From NCBI RefSeq assembly GCF_001194135.2, contig NC_068989.1, positions 74,619,367 to 74,683,366 on the forward strand: a stretch of 64,000 bases of DNA. The letters are read 5' to 3'. Shown in pieces: positions 1 through 9,711 of this stretch. The DNA comes from Octopus bimaculoides (lineage: Eukaryota). The position numbers and the translations under genes were made by a program. Each line of letters opens with the position of its first letter. The first letter of the stretch is position 1. Below the pieces are notes generated by a model that saw only the letters and a program-made list of their open reading frames with translations, was not told the DNA's origin and searched no databases.

Positions 1-362
1 ATATATATATATATATATAATGATCTGGACATACTCAAAGTGTGATTAAAGTGTATTCACAGGGTGCACAATGATGAGCATGTTGCTTACCAACTACTTG
101 AAAGAGATGACCACGTTATCGCTGCTGTTGCTCTTTCACTTCCTCTATATTCCAGAGCTTGCCCCCTCTGTCGTTTTCAGGATGAAGAAGGTTGTGACAA
201 GCGTTCTGTGACAAACGTTCTTATATTTGTATATAAGAACGTGTGGTTATAAATTCTACTCTTAGTGACGTGTATTTGTTTTCCAAATTTTCAACTTCTT
301 ATTAGTTATGATATGAGAACATCCATTAGAAATTCAAACACTAGGGTCCTGGACATGTAACG

Positions 363-765
363 GCGAGTTTTCTCCTGTTATGCTGTAACTTTATCTGAGA
401 CTTGCCTGAGAATTCAAAAGAATACAAATATCTAATATTCTAAGAGAGAGATGAAGCCACAGCATCGAAAACCAAATCACATTTAAAGTCACCATAATCA
501 TCGAATCTTTTCCACATTTAATACTTACGTCATTAGTACCATTACGAAATGTTTCAATTTCAATTTTTACCTTGCACATTTTGTTTGAAATATATAAAAA
601 TTTTCTTGCGATCATGTATAGTATGTATATTTACGAAAGTCCATTATAGTAGAATTTGATATCAAGTTTTCGTCGTTATTATACTGTCTCCTTTGTAAAT
701 TTTTTGAAACATCATCTCAATACAGTTTTCGTTTATTTTTTGCTTTTGTTTTTTATCCTTTACAG
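363..765 (+). promoter_or_regulatory. Putative 5'UTR intron of GPCR gene 1 (GC-AG type)
   Basis: The acceptor ttttttatcctttacag ends at 765 and is followed by ATACAACAGT, as in the other paralogues. The candidate donor ATGTAACG|GCGAGT at 363 is homologous to ATGTAACG|GTGAGT upstream of gene 2. Confidence 0.5.
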
Positions 766-930
766 ATACAACAGTTATTAAACGATTCAGTCAATGGAAT
801 ATATTGTTACTGTTTCAAGAAGAAATAGTCTCAATATAGCTTGACATTAAATCAAATATTAATTTACTTCGATGTGTAAATTATTTGAAACTATAGTAGG
901 CTACTTGAGAATTCAACATTAATATTCAAC

Positions 931-2811
931 ATGGTACACCACTTCCGGAATCTCTTCCAAGTTCTTTTGATTGCTTTTGCGAACGAAGTCATTAAACAGT
1001 CATATTGTTTGGTAGAAAATCTCGAATGTTATCCTTCAATTTGTGATGCTGAAAGTTTACAACGAAGATGTTCTTGTCATCAGTATTGTAATCTATATAA
1101 TGAATGTTGTTCAGATGTGATCAGCGAAACTATAATTGAACATGGAACATTGTCAACAGATTATAGCTGCAGAAAAATTAACGATAATAAATCAGACAGT
1201 TATTTTTTGTTTGACCGCTGTCCAAGCGACCATTCAGTAACAGAACACGTTACTTACTGTGAAACACCAGACGAGAATGACCGATTATACAACATACCTG
1301 CTTTAGGGAAAAAAACTAAAAGACTTTACAGGAATTTGTTCTGTGCTCTGTGTAACGGAGAGGAATACATATTATGGACAGTTCACTACAAATGCAATCA
1401 TCAAATGGATATTGATTTATCACTCTTCTCTCAAATGTTGAGAAATAATCATTGTAATGTATCGATTGAAGCTCCATCTAACTTTAGCGATTACCAATAT
1501 CCTTGTACAGATTATGTTTCAAGCTGTCCTATAAAACTTACCAATGCAACTTTAGTGTCTTCTTGTGTGTTTGAACCAATGTCTATGGTAAAATCAAATG
1601 GAACTAATTTCAGAAACACTCACTGCGCCATCTGTAATAGTGTTGATATTAATGATACTGAATGTAACATATCTGTCTCTGGAGAAAAGTCATATGAAAT
1701 AGAAATGTACACTTTCAAAGCAATATTTAATTACAATAACAACACTGTTGAAGTATTAAATGCATCTAATGAAAAAAACTATTTTAAAAAATTGCCCCCT
1801 TGTTCGCATGGATTTGTTTATGATGAACTAAAGAATGAATGCCGACAAGTTGAATTTAATTCCGTGTTAAATTGTACAACTAAAAGACTGAAGGAATCTG
1901 AATATCATTTTACTAGTGACGGGTTTCTTTATCTCAATTCTTCCCAGACGTGGCTAAACCAGTCAGAGTTCAGTCGAGATCCTCAAGGAATAAGTATCTG
2001 TGTAAATGATCATGAGACAGGATGGCAGTTTCTGGAGGTTTTTTTTATTCTTATGTATATCGGAATATTGTCCTCCGTTGTAGCAATATTCATAACTATT
2101 ACAGTCTATCTCTGTATACCAGAACTCCGTACATTACCAGGTAAACTAATCATGGGATTGTTGTTCTCCATGTTTGCAACCGAATTTGTTCTTTACATCA
2201 ACATTCATACTAAATTTCAATTACCATGCATTATAGTAATGCCTTTAATGCATTATTTCATACTAACATCTGTCCTCTGGATGAATGTCATATCATTTGA
2301 TGCGTTCTACACATTCTCAGGAATTATAAAATTTCCAGTTGCAGAAAAACAAGGGAAGAGGTTTATCTTCTATTCTTTATATGCTTGGATAACTCCACTT
2401 GTAATTGTGATAGCAGCACTGCTATTTTATCTTAAAATTCCGCATGAAAATTATTGTTTGTATCTTAATGACGTAATTTCGGCTTTTGCAATTCCAATAA
2501 CAGCAATTTTATTAATTAATACGTTGATGTTTTTCATTACCGCCATATGTCTCTATTTAGCTAGAAAAAGCACATCAAAATATCTTGGGCTACGTAAGAA
2601 AAGAGGATTTATGATTTATTTTAAACTAAGCCTTATTATGGGTATCACATGGGCTTTTTTGCCAATATTTGCCTATGCCAACATGGATGACGCAATCGTT
2701 ATATGCTTCACCTTAAATACTTATGTCGGGTTAATTATTTGTATTACATTTTTATCAACGAAAGCCGTTAGACGTTATTTGAAACAAGCATGCTGCAAAT
2801 GGTTTCACTAA
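931..2811 (+). CDS. Family-B (7tm_2, Methuselah-like) GPCR with SMB-like Cys-rich ectodomain, paralogue 1, 626 aa, single coding exon
   Basis: Uninterrupted ORF with an N-terminal hydrophobic signal, SMB-like CSCHQYCNLYNECCSD, and YRNLFCALCN and FRNTHCAICN motifs. Seven hydrophobic segments carry class-B motifs ELRTLPGK (ICL1), HYF..WMNVISFD (TM3), YSLYAW..P (TM4) and YFKLSLIMGITW (TM6). Confidence 0.92.
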   Translation: MVHHFRNLFQVLLIAFANEVIKQSYCLVENLECYPSICDAESLQRRCSCHQYCNLYNECCSDVISETIIEHGTLSTDYSCRKINDNKSDSYFLFDRCPSDHSVTEHVTYCETPDENDRLYNIPALGKKTKRLYRNLFCALCNGEEYILWTVHYKCNHQMDIDLSLFSQMLRNNHCNVSIEAPSNFSDYQYPCTDYVSSCPIKLTNATLVSSCVFEPMSMVKSNGTNFRNTHCAICNSVDINDTECNISVSGEKSYEIEMYTFKAIFNYNNNTVEVLNASNEKNYFKKLPPCSHGFVYDELKNECRQVEFNSVLNCTTKRLKESEYHFTSDGFLYLNSSQTWLNQSEFSRDPQGISICVNDHETGWQFLEVFFILMYIGILSSVVAIFITITVYLCIPELRTLPGKLIMGLLFSMFATEFVLYINIHTKFQLPCIIVMPLMHYFILTSVLWMNVISFDAFYTFSGIIKFPVAEKQGKRFIFYSLYAWITPLVIVIAALLFYLKIPHENYCLYLNDVISAFAIPITAILLINTLMFFITAICLYLARKSTSKYLGLRKKRGFMIYFKLSLIMGITWAFLPIFAYANMDDAIVICFTLNTYVGLIICITFLSTKAVRRYLKQACCKWFH

Positions 2812-3532
2812 ACAAAATTATAATTATGAAATGAATTTGATTTAATCATTTCACCCCATAAAAATCACAAGTATAGTCAAGTTTTTCCTACATCTAACGT
2901 ATCCGTTACTACAGGCTCAGAATACCATAAAAACCTCAAATTTCAAACGTTATAGTGTTATTATGTTATTTCTCCATTCAAAAAAATGCCCCCACCCTAC
3001 GAAACAATACACTCGAACTCAAACACCGCAAACATTATTCCTTAATCAATATATAGCCGAAAAATTTACGCCGCTTTCACCCTCAAGAGTGATGCCTAAC
3101 TAATAAAGTTGCATACGCAACAATCACAAGAACTGAAAACAGCATCAAAAATGAGGGTAAAGATTTAAATGGAAACACTATTAAATGGCCGCTTCATTCA
3201 ATGTTTCTACTTAGTACATCAACAGAGAAGGAATATCCAAAAGTAAACTGCAGTTGCCAGCTTCAGTGAGTTATTATTTTTTAGTTGCTTGAATCATTGG
3301 ATTGCGTCGCATGGGAAAGAGAAGGAAACGAGCGGCTGACCGGTCATCAACATCAAGTCTTATCACGGGTATAAAATTAACCGATAACAATGTACCTTTT
3401 GACGTACATATGTATTTACTTATATCATTTGTAAAAAAAAATACTATTTACATTCGAGACTGCGCATAAAAATCTTCGTGTAAAGATGGATTCAATCGCT
3501 GTCTTTTACAACTACACATGCGCATACATACA

Positions 3533-4844
3533 CAGAGGTTTAGCAGAGAAGACGGATGTTTTTGAAAAATTCACAAAATCATTAACTTTAGATGCAAACA
3601 AATTCTACTGACTTCATCGTGTTCATATTGAATTAGCATTTGTCAAAATCAATTGTGGAAGACAACATCCATCCTGTGTTGCCCGTCTTCACTAACGCAT
3701 TTCTGAAGACATACTTGGAAGTTGGCTTCCACTCTCTCCAGTATTGCTTTGTCGATTTGAGTTACTTCCCCACGAATAGCTTCCTTCAAACAGTCCTATG
3801 TACGGGGCTTACGCGCATACACACGTGCCTTGAGATTTCCCCACAATTCACACATGGGCAAATCAGGGTAACGAGGAGGCCAACGAATGTCAGAAAATCT
3901 GGAAATGAGACAGTCACCGAAGAGAGGGCGAAGAACGTCCATTGATGCTCTGGCTGTGTGGGCCGTCACCACATCCTGCTGAAACCTCACAGGTCGAATT
4001 GGCAAGGGTTTTCGTCGTGATTCAGACACAAAGAAGTTATCATATTGATGTAACGCTCGGAGGTCATGTAACAGCATTTCCATTATTGTCTTCTAAAAAG
4101 TAGGGACCAACGACGGCGGCTTTTCCAACAGTACGCCAAACCGTCACTTTTGGGATGTGCAGTGGTCTTTCGTGCAGTTATCTCAGATTTACAATAGCCC
4201 AATCTGTTGATTCAATATGACATTGAGATGAAAATGAGCTTAACCATTCGTTAACAAAATGAGGTTGTCATTTGCCTCAAAAATTGTTTCCATTTGATGT
4301 GCGAAGTTAAGCCGCTGTTCATAGTCTCATGATTTCAACTGTTGCCCAACGGCCAATCTATACGGGTGGAAAGGCAGGTCTTCAGGAAAAATACGCCTTA
4401 TCGATCGATTACCAATGCAAAGTTCAGTGGAATGCCTCCGAGCAGAGCGATTCGGATTCCGTATCAAAGCTTGTCTAACACGTTCCACATTTTCTGAAGT
4501 CCTTACCGTGCGTGGCACCCTCACCAGTTCCTATTCATTAGTGTACCTCATGTACGAAGTGCATTCACCCAACGTAAGATTGTGTTACGGGTGGGAACAA
4601 TCTGATTTCGGTGAATGCTGAAGCGACGCCGAAACCCACGCTGAAATGCTGAGACAGAGTCGTTATTCTTCTCGTCAATGCCGTTGGCAAACGCGATGCC
4701 TTATCGTCTACAGCGCCATGACTTCACCTGAAGAGAAAAAGAATGCTAAGGTACCACGGACCGAATGGTACCTGATTGACCACCTCTCCCATCCTAGAGC
4801 CGAGTAATAGCTATTTCAAAACGACCGACTCTTTGCCCACCCTG
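3533..4844 (-). mobile_element. Defective IS630-Tc1-mariner transposon, DD41D (rosa)-type
   Basis: Minus-strand remnants RTVRTSENVERVRQALIRNPNRSARRH and FQQD...WPPRYPDLPMCE, with 41 residues between the last two catalytic positions. Degenerate TIRs (CAGAGGTTTAGCAGAGAAGACGG vs revcomp CAGGGTGGGCAAAGAGTCGG); right end flanked by TA. Confidence 0.8.
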
Positions 4845-5010
4845 TACATAAATACATACACACACACTCACATACACATACGTACGTACATACATAAATA
4901 CATACATACATGCATACATACAAACATATGGACAAGAAATACAGAAATGAAATTGATTGATAACATACATACATACATACATACATACATACATACATAC
5001 ATACATACTT
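4845..5010. repeat. (TACA)n/(CA)n microsatellite
   Basis: Direct reading of tandem TACA and CA units. Confidence 0.95.
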
Positions 5011-5395
5011 ATGATAGCTAACGAGGTTGAGGGGTGATACGAAACAAGAATTTATACAGATCCCTCACCAAGGAGCATTGGTAAAATCTATTTATCAGAA
5101 ACTACACGCATTTGAAAATTGCAAGCCTTTCGACAGAATGTAATGACAGTTATTTTCATATGCAACTGGGAGTTGCCTTAAATTTTCTCTCAAAAAATCA
5201 ATTGGTTTTGACTTTTCAATAAACTTAGAGATAAATAAATCTGTTTATGTAATAATATTAAAAATAAATGGGCACGCAGAACATAACTTTCATACCTAAA
5301 TGTATGCCAGTGACGTATATAGATAGACGTATATGGATGGAATTTGTGCTGAGGTCTTGCGATTTGGTGGTGATTACATAATACAGCCCCTTCAT

Positions 5396-6975
5396 GAACC
5401 AATTAGTGTAGTCTGGGGGATGGTGCAATTTGGAAGAATGCAATTATTATTCTTCTCTATAAAGGAAAAGGAGCCAGAATAATGTGTGGTAACTACAGAG
5501 GTATTGCTCTAATATCAGTTGCTGGCAAGGTTCTGACAAACATTCTTCTTACCCGCCTCAATGGGTCTCTTGCTAAATATTGCCCTATCTGAATCTCATT
5601 GTGGTTTCCGATCTGGTAGAGGGACAATGGATACTATTTTCACATCAAGACAGATGCAGGAGAAGTGTTGTTAGCAAAATATGGGTCTTGTCCAGGTTTT
5701 CATTGATTCAACCAAACCTCTGATACTTTAAATAGGGCCTTATTAGGGAAAATACTTGGCAAACTTGGATGTCCGGATCACTTAGTATCTTTAATTAAAT
5801 CATTTCATGATGGGATGGAGGCTTGGGCCAATGCTGCTGGTCGCATGACGGGACCCATTGCTGTAGAGAATAGTGTCAAGATGGGTGACATCCTTGCCCC
5901 AACTCTCTTTGTTTATACTTTCCTGCTCCTTTTACTCATGCTTTGCTAAGGTTAGCTCTCTAGGAATAAATGTCAAGTATCGATCGTCTAGCCGCCTCTT
6001 TAATCTGCACCGATTCGCTGTCAATTCAGAAGTTTCCGGATTGTGACTTGTCACTCATACAATGGATGGGAGGCAAATACTTATGAATCGTATTTCTGCT
6101 TTTGGCAAGGTATTTGGACTCAGCATTAGCCTGAACAAGATTGTTGTAATGTTCCAGCCTGCACCAAAAAGTCCATATGTGGAACCAGCTAACTTGGTTT
6201 AAGGAACAATACGGAAAGTGGTAGACAAGTTTGTCTATCTGAGCAGCACACGTTGCCGTTCTTGCTCCCTCGATGATGAAATATTTTTCAGGCTGCAGAC
6301 AGCAACTGATTCCTTCCGGTCTCTTCAGTCTCGTGTACCGTGCATGTGTACTAAGATCACACCTTTACTTATGTAAGACATGGACACTTTACAAACGTCA
6401 TGGTAATGGTACTTGAACACTTCGATCAGAGATGTCTGAGACACATTCTGAATGTTGGCTGAACCTTAAAAACTCCAAACACATAGGACTTGACATCTTG
6501 AGTATTGAGGCGATGTTGCACAAGTACCGGTTGCGTTAGACTGGACAGCTTATTACAATGACGGATAGCAGGATCCCTAAACAGATGCTATATGGGGAAC
6601 ATGTTAGTGGAAAGAGACCCCAGCAGAAACCAAGGCTGCGATTCAAGGATTGTGTCAAGTCCTCATTAAAGGCCTGGGATATGCAGGAGATCAACTGAGA
6701 GAACAATGCTTGTCACCACCACAAATGGAGGAAGTAGGTCAAGTGGGGAGTCAACACCTTTGAAAGAGCGAGCATTCTCTATGAAGAATTTAATCGTGCT
6801 GCTTGAAATCGCAATAGTAGCGTAGTGCATTGGGAAAACTTGATTTGCAATGTTTGCAGTCTTGTATGCTTGTCAAGAGCAGGGTTTTAAACCACCAACG
6901 GATCTGTAAATTCAAAATATATGTTAGTATCAGAGCGCAATGGTCTTTCTCAGTGACGAGTGGACAGCCATCATC
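5396..6975 (+). mobile_element. 5'-truncated RTE-clade LINE (reverse transcriptase to 3' end), degenerate
   Basis: Frameshifted translation gives NAIIILLYKGKGARIMCGNYRGIALISVAGKVL, ESHCGFRSGRGTMDTIF and a C-terminal CxxC zinc-finger remnant. Confidence 0.85.
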
Positions 6976-7014
6976 TATGTGTAGGTATATATGCATGAAT
7001 ATGTGAGTGAATGT

Positions 7015-7077
7015 ATAAAGATATATGTGTGTGTGCGTGTGTTTATGTATAAATGGGCGTATATGTGTATGTATATG

Positions 7078-7163
<86 letters not shown>
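7015..7163. repeat. Compound (GT)/(CA)n(TA)n microsatellite
   Basis: Direct reading. Confidence 0.95.
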
Positions 7164-9004
7164 CCAGGGTTTTCCGAGTATCTGCCCAGGGCTGTTAAAC
7201 GGAGAACTCTATTTTGCAAAACTATTTTTGGGCTTAAATAACCGCCCACCTATAATAAACGTCCATGGGCGTAAAATATGGAAGTAAAATATTTCACCTA
7301 GGAAAAACAAAGATATTCTCAAAAATCATATTTATTTTATACAGTTCCATTGAACTGCTATCGCTTCAGTTATCAGATATATAGATATAAAGAAACTGAA
7401 ACAGCCTTACAACAAGTAGCATTTTAAAAAATATTCTGAAGTTAACAATTGATCTATTAGGAAATATTGAAAATTAAACTATTGAAAACGTGAATAGAAG
7501 CCTCATATGAACAAATAAGGTGCATCTGGTGCATTTACCTGAAGGCCAGACAAAACATCCTTTAAGCGTGAGTTTAAGTTGAAGCAGAGTTAGTGTTCTT
7601 GCTTGCAGTCTGTTTAGATGTTCATTTGCTCTACGTCTGTAGATAAATTCAAAAGATTTTTTTATTCCCAATAATGGAGTAAAAAATATATATCAAAACG
7701 TGTTCAACGATCATATACCATTAGTTTCTTTATTTAAAGTGGCAACAGCTTGGGTCACAAAGTTCACTATCTCTTAATAAGAAGGTTTTTGTGCAATATC
7801 CTTTATTTGTATACTACTTTTTACCATTTGAATACCAATTCTCCCATTCATCACGAAGGCCAGTAATTGATACATCTAACGGCTGCAAGTAAGATGTTGC
7901 TTTATGAGTTTGAGAATTGTATTCCTACATTTGAACACTCCTAGGAGCTTTGTTTTCTTGTGCACTAAGTATTCATCCATGAATAGCACTGACTTCTGAG
8001 CATGGAATAGTTGTGCTGTTCTTTGCCCAAACACTTTGTCAGCCCACAGCGGCATGAGTTCATATGTGATTGATCCGCTGTTGGAGACTGTTAAGTAAAT
8101 ATCCTTTGGGACCTTGATTTTAGGCACGTTTTTCAATCCTTCAAGGATAATCATTGTTTTCAACACCTTTCCTGCAGCATTAACACGAAACACAGGAGTA
8201 AAACGAGCTTTGGTAGCACCATTGTGGCTAGCATCTACATTTTTATTGCCAACAAAGTCTATGGTTGTTGAACTCAACATGTCAACGTATGCAGGTTTTT
8301 CATCCATATTATAGATCTGATCAGTATTCTTATCTCTGTTAATACTGGAATCCTATCTAGATAGTCACTGGCGATTTGTGCCTTTTCTCCAAGTATTTAT
8401 TGTCTGCTTGAGCAAAATGTGTAATCTTTCTCACATTCAGTTTATTCTGTTTCTTGAAATTGAAAATCCATTTATCAGAACATCTAAAGCTGTTCGTTTC
8501 AATTCCAAACCTTTTTTCCAATTCAAAAGTATATTCCCGCAAACGGCGATAATTCACAATTATATTGTTTGCACGCTGGACAACAATCCACTATAAGAGT
8601 TCAATCTCTTGGTCCCTATGTGCTGATCCTCTACCTCCTCCAATTGATCTGCGCCTCCTCTTGTCTAACACATGGATTAACTCAATTCTTTTTGGGCACC
8701 ATTCTCTCAATCATTTTCTATCAATACCTATCGCTTGACGCAGCAGATAAATTCTTTCACTCGTTTAATAGCACTCAATTTTTCACTAATGGTATATAAT
8801 CGTTGAACACGTTTTGATATGTTTCCTCGACTACATTATTGGGAATTAAAAATCCTTTGAATTTATCTACATACGTAGAGCAAATGAACGTCTAAACAGA
8901 CTGCAAACAAGAACACTAACTCTGTTGTAACTCAAATAACGGGCCATCCAAATAAACGCCCATGGGTGATCTAACTGGATGGGCGGATTTTCGGAAATCC
9001 CCGG
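7164..9004 (-). mobile_element. Defective pogo/Tigger-family DNA transposon
   Basis: 25-bp TIRs (CCAGGGTTTTCCGAGTATCTGCCCA vs revcomp CCGGGGATTTCCGAAAATCCGCCCA) flanked by TA at both ends. CENP-B-like HTH remnant FRCSDKWIFNFKKQNKLNVRKIT, and DDE remnants NMDEKP, VLFMDEY and LQPLDV. Confidence 0.87.
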
Positions 9005-9077
9005 TATATATAAACACACAATTGCATATGTATGAAATTATGGACTCTCGTCTCATAAATACGTATTTCTATTCCAG

Positions 9078-9516
9078 GCTTGTCATTAAAACAATATTTC
9101 AAATGCTGCAAGACTAGATTAATGTAACGGTGAGTTTTTTTGTTTTTTTTTTATGAGTTTGTATGAAACTTTACATATAAAAGTAGTATAAATATTTTGT
9201 ATTCCCAACTATGAAGCAAGCAATACCCTCAAGACTATCCCATTCAGCATTATGATATTATCACTTTTCATTCCATTTCCATACTTTCGCAATACGAAAT
9301 GCTTACATTTACTTCTACCTCACAAAGATTGTTTTTAAAATATGGAGACTTTGCTATTAATCCAGGAAATTTTCAAGAAATTTCACAATCAAATTGCATA
9401 AGATATATCTTTACGAACTTTCCTTAGCTTCAGTGTTGTGGTGTATTTCCTGCATTATCATATTACTTAGGTATTGTTAAACAAAATCTTAATGTATTCT
9501 TTCTTTCTTTTGACAG
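9078..9516 (+). promoter_or_regulatory. Putative 52-nt non-coding exon (9078-9129) plus 5'UTR intron (9130-9516) of GPCR gene 2
   Basis: Acceptor tatttctattccag ends at 9077. Strong donor ACG|GTGAGT at 9130. Acceptor ttctttctttcttttgacag ends at 9516 and is followed by AGACAACAGT. Confidence 0.55.
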
Positions 9517-9711
9517 AGACAACAGTAGCGACGTAATTCATTCAACGGATCATCCTCATATTATTTAGTAACACTTAATTATATGTTCATATTTGCTAAT
9601 AGAAATAAAGTCTGAATATACCATGCACTAAATCAAATTTTGGATGTTGCAAATGTAATGAGACATAAATACTTCTAAATTATAGCTGGCTCTATAAAAT
9701 ATATATTCAGC

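Noticed and set aside
2130-2150. CCAG|GTAAA conserved in all four paralogues as a possible cryptic donor giving soluble isoforms
   Set aside because: It is fully explained by the conserved LPGK codons, lacks the +5 G, and has no downstream partner exon.
931-2811. Labelling the receptors as latrophilin/adhesion GPCRs or assigning the symbol mth
   Set aside because: No GPS motif is visible and orthology cannot be established by eye, so no gene symbol is given.
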